Origin: Bugula neritina
Taxonomy: Eukaryota; Animalia; Bryozoa
Length of the DNA: 64,000 nt
Assembly (NCBI GenBank): GCA_964035545.1
Contig: OZ037767.1
Location: 22,832,628-22,896,627, forward strand
Direction of reading: 5' to 3'
Both the position numbers and the translations under genes were made by a program. Numbering within the stretch: position 1 is the stretch's first letter; each line of letters begins with the position of its first letter. Below the pieces are notes generated by a model that had not been told where the DNA came from, did no database searches, and saw only the letters and a list, made by a program, of their open reading frames with translations. Shown here in pieces: positions 35,633 to 50,400 of the stretch.

Positions 35633-36752
35633 AGCACCTGTTCTACTAGTCATTACCACTGACTGACCTGACTATAGCCAATCTGCCATTCTGTCACTCT
35701 TTACAGCTGATATTATGACATTTTATGGACTTTCTTAATTTGGTGTGAGAGTGATGTTGTAATTTTTTAACTTGATGTTTGTACATGAAAATACAGGTTC
35801 TACATCTTCATATTATTTCTCCTAGTTTATTATAGTCAATACAGCCACATAAGATCAACATTTCCCATCAATTGGTATCTGGTATACTTATGCAACTGGT
35901 AGACTTCACATTAGCGTAAAATCTGTAAATATTATCAACTATCCAGCATATATATATACCTGGAAATGTGCATGAACGGGTGTTTATAGAAAGACTAAAT
36001 ATATGTAATGTGAACAGGCTTTTAGCCTATATATATCATCTTGAAATTTACACCCTTTGACTTTATTCATTAATTAGCCGAGTTGACAATAATTAGAGGG
36101 TTGCATTTACATTGTCTATCTGTCTTGCAATCTATCTGCAATTTCATCTCAAATATTTTAACCTGATCTGTATAATTAGCTAATCAGATTATAATTTGAG
36201 CTCTAGAGCAGATAAGGGTCGGACATCAAGGCCTCTGTCATACTTTTGGTAGATTGTTCATATCTACTGCTCCACTTTCTTCTGACTGGATGCAAATGTT
36301 TATTGTAATTCGTCTCAAATAGATTAGGCATGTATGCAGCCCCCCAGTTTTTAACCATAATTTGAAACCGTTTTTTATTGGTAGCTGTATACAGATGCTA
36401 CAGATATTTGATATTTATAATTTTGCATACTGAATATGGAGATTAAAGAGCATCCAATTTTCATATTTTGGATTTTTCTCTAAAGAGGATCAACACATTT
36501 GGCAAATAATAATAGTTTTTGGTGACTTTGTTTTGCTTATAATATTTGGTCACATTTAACCCATAACTCGGAAATGACAACTGTCCACTAGTCTTGGTAT
36601 TGTTCAATTGTATACTTGTTTATACAGCATCAGTTATTAGTAATAGTTCTTAGTGATGGTTGGCAGTTATTAAAGGTAATAATTAGTAATAGTAATTAGT
36701 GGTAGGTGTTGGGGACACGTATGAGTCATTCCTAAGTAGTTTTGTGACATCA

Positions 36753-36962
36753 TTAGAGGTTTGCTGTCTGGTCTTTTCTGAAAATATCAGTATTAATGTC
36801 AACCCTGGTTGGTAGCGAGGGGGAGATGATGTGGATGAGAACCCCCTCCCACTCCTCAGCGTCCAGTAAATAAATTGCTATTCTATTGGGGAAGCCTTCA
36901 TCATTAATTAGAAATATTTCATCTAATAGTGTAATTATATTTGGCTTCCTTTGCAGAGTCAA
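36753..36962 (-). mobile_element. Possible decayed LINE APE-endonuclease fragment
   Basis: KPNIITLLDEIFL...IYLLDAEEWEGVLIHI loosely resembles the LINE endonuclease motifs KPDIIxLxETWL...YRxDR..GGGVLIYI. Confidence 0.3.
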
Positions 36963-37986
36963 TTTGACAATCTTGACTAATCAGTAGCATCTTCTATTGT
37001 GTGGAAGCTATTTTTGTTCTACCTCAAATTCCAAAGTTACACAAACATCACATCATATAACATCTCGAAAGAGGCTCTTAAACGAATGACACTTGGTAAC
37101 GTGCACTTCTTTGCACAAATGACTATGCATATCAACATTTATCTCTATTTACGGAAATTAAATATGCAAATGCAAGCCCATATCAATTTAGCAAAGAATG
37201 AAAAGTGACAAGTAAGACTATAATTTTAAAGTTATTGTAATCTAATGACCCCTGATTACACCATCTTTGGCTATTGTTAAAGGCAAGTGGCACACGACTA
37301 CACTTCAACTGTAACACAAGTATTTGTACGCAATCTAAGACTGACTACTGCTAGCCGCAGCTGATCTGTCTGGTAGTTTGAGGCGTTATAGATGGTGATA
37401 TAGCTTATGCCTACAGCTAACAACTAAAACGTATTGTGCTGTGTATCTGCTGTGGGCGTGCTTCACAGATTTCAAAGTGCTAAGGCTATAAACTAAACTT
37501 GCAGGTTAATGCTCAGCAAATATAATTATCTATCAGTTATAAGGAGTAAAATATAATAACTACTAGGTCCTAGGATAACCGAAACAATTGCTTGTGGTTA
37601 GAAAATTTCAAATTACAGCATAAGCTGAATTAGAATGTCTTGTAGAAATAAATAATAAAAGGTTATATTTAACATGGCTTTTGCTTTTTCTGTTTTGAAT
37701 ATTTTCTTTAAAATAGTCATTCAATAATTTTCTTTTGATTTCTAGATCAATACCATTTCTGCTTAGCCTGATACAAAGTTTACTACAGACATTTTTAAAC
37801 CAATAGTTGAATGTGAATCGGTAATCTTAATAATTCTTTATTCAAAAACTCTTATTGTTATAAATTGGTGATCAGTTTTATAAAAATCATTGCTGCTGTT
37901 GAGTAATAAATAAGATAGTAGTTTGTTTACAAGAGCTGTTTGCACAAGGAGCTCTTAACCTAGGATACTATATAGTCTTCCCAGAA

Positions 37987-38382
37987 AAGGGGTGGGCAAC
38001 TAGGGGCCCCAGAGCCACATGTAGCCCTTTGTCCATTTTTCAGTGACCATTTTAATGCTTAAGGTAAGTAAAAGCTGTTATATGCATTCTGATAAGCACA
38101 GTATAGGTTTATCGGCAAATTACTTTATTATACTAAAATTAAATTTGTTTTAGCTGACTTCTGAACTTGGTGCTCATACAAAGGAAGTTGCCTATCCCTG
38201 TCCTACAGGTCTCTCCGAGAAATGTGGGGGATGTCATTTAAAATCTTATTAAACTATACACTGTGTTGTAATTATAATGTGATGAAACCATAGGTACAGT
38301 AATTGTATTATGATAGTAGGGGTACTTGAAACTCTAGAAGGAAAGAAAAGGGTACACGGGCTGTGAGGGTTGGGAACCACTG
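37987..38382. mobile_element. hAT-type MITE remnants (one element 37987-38200 plus a second hAT right end at 38368-38382)
   Basis: TIR pair AAGGGGTGGGCAACT / AGTTGCCTATCCCTG; a downstream GGTTGGGAACCACTG end typical of hAT MITEs; TSD degenerate. Confidence 0.55.
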
Positions 38383-40499
38383 GCCTAGTGTACTTTTCAC
38401 CCTATACAGTAATGTTGTCTACATTACAAGTTATTTCCATTTATAACCACAGCATTTCGCTGAGCTAGTCAAGACTTGAAATTAAGTGACATTTATTACA
38501 ATGTCAACAAGGGAAGCTGTGACTCTAACATGACATTTAAATTGTTATCAAACTGCCTAAAGAACTTGATTGCTTTGTAAAACTAAACAAGTTATTAAAA
38601 TCTGCAAACAAAATTCAAACTTGCTCGGCAACTTAGTATAAATGCTATTTATGTTTATCAGCATATGATTGCAAAACCTTAATAAGTGGACACTTTTTTG
38701 CAAACTGCTGCTAGAAAAAAAGCAGCAGCAAAGGTGATAAGTCTACCTGCCCCACCAGGTCTGTATTTAGTCTCACATGAGCTATAATACAATATGTTAA
38801 ACTTATTAAAACAAGAACAAGCCAAGTTGTTCCTTTTACCATTTTATACTCCAATAATTCCTGAATTACTGTATACATTTGTTATTATTATTATGAAAGA
38901 AGGCTGTTAGCATTGGCCAAGCCCATTCCAACTTCTGCCTCAGCCGTGTACCAGAATAGTAAGTCCTGCTTGTTAGGTAAATTAAGGGCAACTCAAGCTG
39001 ATATTTTTCGTTTTCAAAGTTAATTAGTTTACATGTACACAGCTCTTTAGACTATAATGTAATTTTTATGCAAATATATAAAATAAAATATTCAGCAAAG
39101 CTATAAGAGTTACCCAAATATTTCTGTCACTGCGGTCAAAAGCGGCATGGAATCCATTTCAAATTCATTTCCTTAAACACACACAAACTCAACCATGATG
39201 TTCGGCAATTATTTACAGTTCCTCCTGCATAATAAAATTGCATTGTCTTCTCCTATTTCGCAACAATCCATCTTTCTTAGTTGCCAACTCTTCCCCCACT
39301 CAAACCGTATGGTGCAGCAATCACTATATCAAAGCCAATAAACATGTATGCATACAAAATAATTTTTAATAATTTCACAAAAAAGTTAAATAAGTTTTGG
39401 TTTACTCACTAGCTAAGGTAAAATCTAGTTAAAAACAATTTTATAAGACAACGGTTATATAATGCTTCTAGCAGTGGTAAAATTTGTTACTAATTACTTG
39501 CCATAATTGACATTCTTAAAAGCAAAACTCATTTTAATTTGAAAATTCCATTGTTTTAATTTTTGAATACCATATATTATTACTTCCATGTAATTACTCT
39601 TGTTCTATACTAATATAAATTTTTAAGCACACCTAATATAGCCTCAATTTAGGCTTATGCCATATTATATAAAAGTGTTTTCACTATGTTTTATTATTGT
39701 TTTTATATAATAATATTAAGAATGAGAGCTCGATGACATTTAATTCATTTTGATTTAATAATTTAATTCATTCTGTTATTCTGTATTATTCAGCATTTTT
39801 CTCTCAAACGGATAAAATATAATAGCTAACTTTAGGATTCCTTCATGTGAACATTGAAGTAATACAGGAAATACATAAACTGGTCTTAGCACCAGGTGAC
39901 TCAGATAACTGACAAGGAACTGCCTTCCATATATCTGCAACCATTCCATTTGGAAGTTAGATGAGACTGGATGAGTTGAAGAAACTGGTGTGAGGGAATA
40001 TTAGCACTTGAACCACAACTAACAGAACATTGAATATGTGGATTACTCCTGTCTTACTTATGGTGACATTTTTACAGGAGAATAACTCTACATCATAAGT
40101 TGAATTACAGCTGGTTGGAGGTGCTGTTTCTAGTTAGTTAATTTAAATGCATTTTGGTATAACAAGCTATGTGCTTGATAGAGAATTAGTAATAAAATGT
40201 TAGTAGAATTACTACCCACTAAAATAGCTTGGTCAAAATTTGGGGACACCTGTGCATGCATTCTGCTATCAGGTTGATCAAGATCCTAGTAAAATGCCAT
40301 CATGCATAGCGGTATTTCGTGCTGATAAGTAATTGCTGCTGGATTAAACTCTTTTGTGCGTTACTATCTCTCCTAGCTGCAAAAAGTCGTTGCCATGAAA
40401 ATGAGAAAATCGAGTAATTAGGTCTCGTCGCGATTTACAGTCAACTGCTTTTGAAAAGAGAGAATAATTACGGTCATGTAATAGCAATAAAACAGCACT

Positions 40500-40763
40500 C
40501 GCTGTAGCGTGACTGGCTATGATTATTGGCTTACATCCATTAACTGATTGAAAGTAAACACACTCGCGTTTCATGACACTGGTTAGGGCGGAGCTTATTT
40601 TAAGTGTCCCGTAGAGGGACGCGATTGAGACGCGTGTTTGGCTTGACACTGGCGTTAAGCCGTGATTGAGCTGAGAAGTGCTGGTACACTGTGACAGAAT
40701 AGCGAAGCAACAGGTTGCTGCTGCTAACATTTCTAGTTCTCTCTCTCAGCAGTACCTATAACT
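40500..40763 (+). promoter_or_regulatory. HES gene proximal promoter
   Basis: CpG-rich island with ATTGG (40525-29), GC box GGGCGG (40586-91), TATTTTAA, and a class-C Hairy site CGCGTG (40631-36) upstream of ATG 40764. Confidence 0.55.
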
Positions 40764-40974
40764 ATGCCTCTAGAAACTGCTGCCTCTGACAGCAAGCTTA
40801 GCATTGCTAAAACTAACCGGAAGGTAAGTGCCTACAGCTCAATTTGTACAATTCTAGCAATGTGCTGAAAGGTTTCAATTCTAATAAACTTGATTAATAA
40901 AGTTTACTCAGTTCTGATTGTAACTGCAGTGATGAGAAAATTTCTCCGTCTATTTTTAACAACTAAACTACCTG

Positions 40975-41025
<51 letters not shown>

Positions 41026-44000
41026 AAAAAAAAACAATAAAACATAAACATTTACACTGGTGCTATCTGCTGTGCGGGTATTGTAAGATTTTTTAATTGT
41101 TTTATATGTAGTATTTTTGCAGGTAATGTTTAACTGTTGTGTATTGTATTTAATTTAGCTTTTGCTGTTGTTTAATATAGACCAGAGCCATGTCAAATAT
41201 CATAAACCAATTCTTAAGGCAGCATAAAATATAAATTGCAATCAAAATTCTTCTCTAACGGTTCGAATTCCTCAGCTAAAATATTTTGAACTTGAAAAAG
41301 AAAGTTTACTAGGGACACCTAAACTAATATATCATTGGGGCAGCAGCAGCAGCTTTGATTAGGGAAACAGCACGCTGTGTGTCAGCTATTACACCAATGA
41401 GTATTACATATAGGACCTCCCTGCATTACAATTACAGCCTACTTAGATATGCCATAATAATATAAACATGAGTTGTTTGAATGCCTACTTGGTTTGTTTG
41501 AAGGGTTCATTTTCTCACGCTTTCCTACCCCTAGCTTCAACTAGTCCTATAGTCGTGATTTGATAAGCTTATCTCTATGCACCCTTCTATATATCTATAT
41601 AGTGTAGCTAGACCAATTACCACTGACTTTTTATCTCGGGTCTATAATACGCCCCTCTCCTTCTATAATTATATACAGCTCTCTATTACCTACATCTTTC
41701 AATATGTAATACAGCACGCTCATTATGTAATACATTTCCCTAATTCTGTAATACACTACCTTAATTCTGTAAAACAGTACTGTTGTTCCATAATCGTATA
41801 CCTCTCTAGTACTTTGACTATCTTTACACTTTAGAGTTTAGACCTGTACATTGTAAATAAAATAGAACCAAAATAGGTTGGGATCCTAGGTCCAATTATA
41901 TAATACTTTGGAAATAACTTACATTAGTTAGATTTTGTTACAATTTTATTAGCTTTTCAAAACTTCTACTGACAACTGCCTTAGGGAATGGTTTGGTAAA
42001 TTACAATCTAGATTAATAATTATGGGAAATTTTGGATTTGCAGATTGCCAAGCCGATAATGGAGAAAAAAAGACGGGCAAGGATCAATGCGTCCCTCAAT
42101 GAGTTGAAAACATTGTTAGTGGAAGTGCTGCAAAAAGAAGTGAGTTCGTTCCTTCAATTTTAGAATTATAAATGAATTTAAAACTCACATTACATTTAAT
42201 CAGTCTTCAAACAAATTTTGTTTGCAGGCTGTGATTTTATACCATTTTTCTTTCATGGCATCATAAAGGAAAAAATCTATTGAGGTGTCGACAGTTTTTC
42301 TTCAATTTCAGCTCCTTTTACCCATACAGTTGAGGAAAGGGTCTTGTCTAACGCCTCAATTGCTGCATATTGATATTATTCTTTCTTCAATTTGATTAAA
42401 AACTGTTTAAAATAGCAGAAGAATGCAAATGTCTTGAGTACAAACATCTATATTAAGTATTCAGGTTTCATGATTTTCTCTCTTTGAATTAGAAATGACT
42501 GTTAATATAATAACTTCTTCTAGTGTTTGTACACTATTAACCATCACGGTTATTTGTAATCAATTTGCATTTGAAATTATAATTTACTTTCACTGGTTGC
42601 TAGCTACACCCAATAGTAAGGGTCGGTATGGCAGACCCACTATGACTTGCTGTAAATTTATTCTTTACTGGCTTGATTTTCTCTTGAGCAGAGATTTCGT
42701 GACTTTTTGCCCTATTTTTGTACCTATATAGGTTATATATTCGTTATTAGTGATAGCTTGACCTTTATCGGTATTGATTATTGAACTGTGTTCTACTTGC
42801 TATCAAAATTTCTGTCGGTTCAGTTTCTTTGCTAAAAGTTAAGATAGTTTTGTTTCGACTTACCATATTTCAAACAGCAAATATTTACAGGTGACAGTTT
42901 ACAAAGCAGTGTGAGTGGCACGTTTGTTAAACAGGGCATAGAGCCAGGCACGCTGCCGAAAGCTGCCTGTGACTGCCACCGTGTCATTATGGTGGCCTAC
43001 ATATCTAATTACAGCCTATTCACTTTGTAGAGGGTAGTGTTACCTAAAGCCTACAGTAATGTATATAATAGGCTAGTCGCAGTGGAACACTTTAAGTGTA
43101 TTGTGTATAGTAGAATAAATCTCATAAACCTAGAGGACCTCATGTACTGTCAACAGCGCATGTCCCATACATACTCCCTGATATTTGTCTATAACTCAAA
43201 GTTTCTTATTAACCACCCATATTTTCAACTTTATTATTAAACCTCTTTATTTAATGCGACACAAATAAATAATCTGCTGAACATTAGACCCTAGTTGGGT
43301 ATTATATTACTATACTGTAGAGCTCAGTGCTAGATAAAAGCACTTCTTTATGTTTCGTAGTTGAGCTGATTATAAATATCTTTCTATTATTTTGAAAGCC
43401 AACTTTACAGCTGTTTGCATAATTATTCCTATCAAATTATTTGCTTTTAAAGGCATATTATGGAGGTTATAGTCATACCTGCTCTAATATGCCATAAGAC
43501 CTCACCCAAGAAATGTAGTAATCTGCTAAACTAGGCTAGGAAAGATTAGGGATATATTGAATTATATAATATGCTAATTATTTAGCTGGAAAAGATAAGC
43601 TGGTAAATTAAAGAGTCCCATTGTCTGTTGCAGGGCTGCAGACACTCGAGCAAAATGGAGAAGGCAGACATCTTGGAGATGGCAGTCAGACATCTAAAAA
43701 ACCTCCAAAAGCAGCAAAATGGCTCAGGTACAATTATATACCAACCCTGCATTATAACCGTGTAGTAATCAGCCAATTTGTGCTGTACTCAGTTTGTTAA
43801 TATTTGAATAAACTCTTTGGCCTCTGGCGCACGTAACCCTCGGCCATATTGTTTAATCAAACTGGCATAGCAGCATGTAATTAGGAGGTTTCTAAGCGTG
43901 GAGAGGTGGTAAATACAGCATGTAATGTGCATATCTAAATTAGCCAGGTAATAAGTGATTTATTTTACGGCATTCTGTGGGAATCACTCCCCTAACTATG

Positions 44001-45870
44001 CCCCAGCTCTAATGCCTCTTGTTATCATATTAGAGCTTACACGGATGATATTCACTGCTTTTCAATTTGCTAAATGAAGCTAACAAAATAATATGGCATT
44101 ATCTTAGCCTATGACAAATCGGACATTGTGTAATGCTAACACTCTTCTAATATAATTATAGTATCATTTTATGGTGTGAAAGCAAAGATAATATTTGTGC
44201 AAGTATGCAATAATAGTCCATTGACAATTTAGTTTACAATCCTTTAGGGGTTGACTGGCTACGAGCTAGACTCCACTGTTGCGTGGCTTTATTTTCCCTG
44301 ACTGCATTTAAAATAAGGAACTGTATCCTTTGATATATATATATATATATATATACAGAACTTATACATAGGGTTTCCTGCTTTTCACAACCTTTGATAC
44401 AGGCACCCAGTTGCTAGCGGTTCTCTAAGAGCTTTTAAAAGGACATTTAGTCTGCCCAGGTCTGGCTCCATTTCCATTATAATGAAATGCTTCACACAAA
44501 TATCTTCATAGGCAAGCTATCTGCCTATATTAATGTATAAACTCATAAAAGTAGAGAGAAAAATGGAAGCTTTCTATTTGTTTACATTATGTAACCATGG
44601 TTACCATAACTAGTTACGACTTGGAGGTAATTATTTACTGTGGTTACTTTGTGCCTAAATTTAGGGAACCTAGGTATAGAATACAAATCGGTTCTGCTTC
44701 CTTTTAGCCTGGTATACTTTTATAGCTATTAAAGCTACACTTAATAAAAAGAAACTGGACATGCCTGACGTGTATACACTTAGTACATCTCAGTAACAAT
44801 CTGTTATATATTTAAATGGTTATACTATACACTGGCTGTTGAACAATTATTAGGAGATGAGTGTTGCACACGACTGCCCTCTGGCCTTGTCTTATCTGTA
44901 CAGCATAGAAACACCCACCACTGATTAACACAAGAGAACAAACACAACCTTTGACTCTGTAGAGATAATTTACCACCCCTTCCTCTCATAGCTGTTCCTG
45001 ACTCAACTACCAACCACAACACTCTTCTAATGATATAGGCATTCTATTTATAGCAAGTGTAGACAACTGCAATAAGTTCATTGCCTAATCTAGCTCTGAC
45101 TATATCATACTACAGAACAAGCATTGTCGATATAGTGGAAAGGGAAATATCTGCCTGCTTAGTTTGATGTGTTGATTCATGGCTTGACATGTGCTGACAA
45201 CTCAGAGCTGTTGCTGAGTAGGAACACAGGCTATAACTTATAAGATATAGTAGAGAGAGTCTAGCCTTAGGTTTATAAATTCTGTTGATGTTTTACAGCT
45301 AATCAGACACCCACCCTCAGAGACAGCTATCCTCCAGCCATCCCTCTAGAGAAATACGCATCAGCTCTACCACCAGACTGTTTGCCTCCCGAAATAAAGT
45401 ACTTGAGCCAAACTACGACTGACTACAAATCCAGCCCACAAGTAAACAGTCCCGACTCTACTACAGTTACTAAACCAGACACTAACAGAAATATCCTTCC
45501 AGCACCTCAGCCTGTCAGCATTAGCATTGCTTCTCTAACTAGCCAATCACAGAGCATACAGCCGGTGATGACTCAGGCAGCTAATGGAGAAATAACAGTA
45601 GTACTACCTCAGCAGTTACTCACTCAAGTTGGTACGAGTAACAATGGACTGATTCTGCCGGTGTATACAGTGCCTACCATGCAGTCGACTCGTCAACTAA
45701 TGTCGTCTGCAACTATGCACCAGGCAACGTCTGCAACTACTATTCAACTCAACGTCAAACAGCCTGTTCAGCAGTCACCTAACTCTGCGTTTAGTCAAAC
45801 CTTGTCAGCTTCAAATGGTGCTTCTTCTATGGCCAAAGCTCCTTCATCACCAGTTTGGAGGCCTTGGTAG
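40764..45870 (+). CDS. Hairy/enhancer-of-split (HES1/hairy-class) bHLH transcriptional repressor with WRPW tail
   Basis: Exons 40764-40823, 42044-42139, 43634-43727, 45299-45870. Translation ...TNRK|[32 protein letters not shown]|[25 protein letters not shown]...[10 protein letters not shown]...GLILPVYT...VWRPW*. Basic-region proline and intron positions typical of HES; exact orthologue not assigned. Confidence 0.93.
40976..41021. repeat. (TA)n microsatellite
   Basis: Direct inspection; similar tracts at ~44333-44355 and ~55474-55519. Confidence 0.95.
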
Positions 45871-48800
45871 TTATAACATACAAGTTATCAGTCTGATTTT
45901 ATATTCTATTTTCTATGCAATGCCATAAGCACAACTAACTAGTGATAAGTTGAATATTACGTGCAAAAACGTAGCCTTTTCTCGTATTACACCGCTTAAT
46001 TATTTATGCATTTTATAAAAAATTATATTCTATTTTGTACACTTACAATCAAATTTTCATGAAATACTGAATTCATGCCCTTATAAGATTATATTCATGT
46101 TACGCTGTGGCATGTGTATACTACAACTGCGTAGCAGTAGAAATAATTCTTCCATTTCTGTGATATTTTTTATAGTAATTAATTACCATAGTTATTATAC
46201 ATTTCCTGACCAACTGCAAACAACAAATCACCGTCTTCCATTTGGTGTTGTCTTGTTCCACAATGCTGTGTACATAAACATTACATATCTATTTATTGTA
46301 TAGTAATTTCTTTACCACTTTTAAATGCTTTACAATAAAGTTAAATTGGAAACTAGAATTATACTTGAAAGTTGCTAAACAACAAAAATGAAATATATGA
46401 AGTTGTTTTATGCAAAGAAATATAAAATATAAGGTGTTGGTTTAGCCAACTGTTTGCTTACTGAATTTATTATTTACTGTTTTAGTTTTCATAATATAGT
46501 GAATTTAAAATCCGCCAGTTTAGTTCTTAATGAAAACTCATAATACCACGTATTAGACTGGAATCTAAACCATCTAATGAATTGCTTGCTGACTTTCAAA
46601 TTTAGTTATGATTCATACAAACTTTGAACGATTACCTGGAAAATGAATTTTCTAAAGTTAATCGCAACATACTTTCTAAATTAACATTCATAAATTTTGT
46701 TCTGATTATTTATGGATATTTTATTTCATATAATAAAATATAACATAGTTGAGTATAGAATTATAAAATATATACTCAATGTTGCTAACCAAGAAGTATC
46801 AAGAGTATGAGAGCCATGCAATTTCAATACCATTTTTCAGCAAGCCAATCATTGGCAAGGTTGCAACACAATAGCCAATCACGTATTGGCCACTTCACAG
46901 CGGACTTTAATGTATATAATTATACTCTGATGAGGATTCCCATGCTCCAAGTCTTAGAGCTAGGGACTGTTTATAGCAATCTGAAGTGTGACTATGTTTG
47001 GGCTGGTCTGCTTTTATTTGCTTAATGAATAAGTTTTATTTGTATCCCCATTGAATAAATAGCTAATAATTTCTTACGAGAGGGATTAGTGAGAGCAAGG
47101 TGCCTACTGTATTCCTACGAGATGCTAATATGAGAACTTTTCATATTGAGATAGCAAAACAGTTTCAGATAAAAGGTTGATAAAACAGTTGAATTGTAGC
47201 TATAGAGACAGTTTGTGGTTTTTGCAACTTGCTTAAATACATATACGTATGTGGAAATTATCAATTTAGGTGCATTTTTAGAAGATAGCTGAGATTGCCC
47301 AGCCTTTCATTCGCCACCATATTGAATATGTTTCTTCACAACACACAAACTTTCGAACAAATATTCCTTCAAAGCACAAGCATAGTCTACAAATACACTA
47401 AACAAGTTAACAATTTCAACAATAATAAGCATTGAACCTTGATATTTGAACAGAGTTACCCCAATTCTAAGCCAAGAGTGTATGTTATATGTGATTGCTT
47501 TGACTAGGATTAAATAACACTGCACTAAGCAGTCTGTATGACTCAGGTAAAAAGTAATACTGTAAACCAATAGAAACTGCACACCTTAATGTCAAACAGG
47601 TGTATAATTGACATTATAAAAGCCAAATTAGGGAAACAGCTTCACTTAATTTATACAATTTTGATATAAATAAATTATATTATTTTGCTCCCTCTTAAAA
47701 ACATAACAAATATTTTGTAAGAAAAAATTCGTCTTATTTCAAACACCTGCATTTGCTATTATGATAACCATTTCTTAAAAGCAAACTTACTTCTGAGTAA
47801 TATTTTACAGTGTCTCTGCCTTTCTTAGTTTTGCTTTATTGGGGCTTTGTAGGTCACCAGACTACTTTCAATGCACGCAATATTGTTGTTGAAAGAGTCA
47901 GTGGTTTGTAGACTGTTCTGTATCTAAACAGAGTAAAGGTTCTTAAGTAGACACTTGAGAGGTTTTAGGCCACTTGAGGTCTTCTCTCTCTAGACTCACT
48001 CTTTATACTGACTTATCTTGACCATCCACTGATTGGATCAGGTTGATTCAGCAATGAAACTGAGAGTGAAATGCTTTGAAGAGTTTAGATAATTTTAAAT
48101 ATTTCATGATTTTCTCCTAATCAATTTACCTCTTCTACAACTTCTGAAAAATAATTTATATTGTCTAAATATCAACTTTATTCTATCATAGGAGTGCTTA
48201 AACTTAAAGATACAACAAAAAATGAACAATTGGAAGAATTTTCTTATGCATGGAAAATATGAATGTCATGAAATTTGCTATAAAGTCAATATATTCCCAT
48301 AAGTTTATTTAGGAAAAAGATGAACAAAATCAAGAAATATATTGTTTTGTATATAGAACTCAAATGCAAAAAAATAAAAAATTGAAAGCAATTATAGTGA
48401 AACTAAATAAAATAAAGTTATAAAATCTTAAATATCAATTGAAGCTGAAAATATTTTTCCATTTTATTGTTGTTCACTTGTTCTTTTGCAAAAGCAGTGT
48501 CTATTTATATCATGCTGTCGAAATGCTTTAGGCAAAGCTAAATAACTACCAGTAAAGTGTTTAAAGTGTTTAAAGTACTTTAATAATTGCTCCAAACATT
48601 AAACTAGTGTTTAAATTTTAATTTAGAAATATTATTTTGGCTAAAAAAACTAAGTGAAATGTTATCAAAATAGGCTGAATTTTTTTTCAGCATTCAAATG
48701 TAACTTTTGCTGAAAGTTGATCTCCAATTTACGTAAAATTAAATAACTTTAAAATAGGTGAGGAATAACTAAGAAATTTTATAAACCATGAGAAACTTTT

Positions 48801-50039
48801 GCCCAGTCTTCTTATGGCTTACCATATTGCAACAATAAAGATATAAATTCTTTAGATTCACAGTAAGCAAATCTGAAATTAATCTCAAAATTTAACTACC
48901 AAAGACCATCCATACCCAGTACTGCAAAATATCTCATTACAAATATAGACACTTACCCAATATCAATATGTTAATTTGAATACAAAAATTATTTATTTCA
49001 AACTCCACGGAATGCTACAAATCTAATCTGGTTTATTATATTTGGGTGTTTGTTCAGTGAGTTCAGTTATTTTTCATTTATCACACACAATCTTATCGTG
49101 AAATCAAAGATAGTTGGGGATAACTGTAGCAGACAATGCAGCTGTGGTGGCCACCATTGTTAGTCAGTTGATTACAAGAGCACACGTGTAAGGCGCAAGC
49201 CACAATCATCAACAACTCATACTGATTGATACAAAACCTATCAACTCAACAACAATAAGCATTATCCTAACTACTACAGTTAAGTTTTAATTAAGTAAAC
49301 ATCTTTATAAAAACACAAATTAAATTTTAAACACTTGAATGTAAGCTGCTGTTAATAACGGATCTATAAGTTTGCCAATTATAAATATTTTGATTTTACT
49401 TGAACAATTTTTTGATGAATAGAAAATAAACAGAGCATAGAGGTTTGTCAACAATCCTTTACAAACTGAAAAGTTTATACAAATCAAGTGATTTAATTCG
49501 GCCTTTTAAACAACAGCGTGGGAACTAGCTTGAAAGAGGAATGCTTTGTAATACCGATGTTTCAAATTATACTAAGTATTTGATCAGGTAGACTGAGTAT
49601 ATCTGAGTAACTCAGCAATACGTCATGTCAGCAATTTTGTGCTCTCCATGTAGCATTGTCTTTTCTTACCTCACTGAAAATGTGATTCATACCAGGACAT
49701 ATGTATTTGTTTACTTGCACATTATGTAGATGTATGCATATGAATTTATGTCAGCTCACAATGTTTTGCAATTACTCACACATGCACACACCAGTTATAT
49801 AGTGTGTAGCGTCTACCTAATAGATGGCTCAGAGAACATTTAAACTCAGCCCCATTGAAATTCAACACGTAATGTGTAGAGTTCAATGTTAGTTACTAAT
49901 TGCTGAATTTTTCCTTCTGTATAGCAAGATCTCTAGAAGCCTTCAACTGCTGACATTGTTCGTTTGGCACATCAAGTATCTCAACTCAATTATATAAGCT
50001 CTATCTACTTGTCATTTTATTGTGGTGGTTTCTCAAAGC

Positions 50040-50400
50040 AAAAATTTCTCCGCCTTTGCTGGGCTGATCACTTAAACCGCATGTCAAAGCACCGCATTTC
50101 ACACATCTTGCTTCATGGTGTATTGTTAGAAGGATCCCGTCAAACTGGGAGACCTTATCTAAGGTTTAAAGATGTCTTAAAGCAAGATCTCAGAGAATTC
50201 CATATAAATCCCAGCAGCTTTACCACACTTTCCTATGATCGTGCTAAATGGAGAAAAACCTTCAGACCGGACAGACATTTGACTCAGATAACAACGCTAA
50301 GAGTCTTGTGGCTAGACGTGCAAGACACCAGCACTGAAGATGCTATGCATTGTCAACACTGACAGACGCTTGCCAAACCCCTCACCTTAGGTAGTATTCA
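50040..50400 (+). mobile_element. RTE-clade LINE 3' fragment (decayed)
   Basis: LRLCWADHLNRMSKHRISHILLHGVLLEGSRQTGRPYLRFKDVLKQDL...DRAKWRK matches the RTE post-RT motif RLRWxGHVxRM..R.P..LLYGEL..G.R..GRP..R.KD and is homologous to the element at 62.9-63.9 kb. Confidence 0.8.

Noticed and set aside
40545-40578. Possible paired Su(H) site (GAA-N17-TTC) in the HES promoter
   Set aside because: Spacing fits, but both half-sites (TGATTGAA, GTCATGAA) deviate too far from YGTGRGAA.
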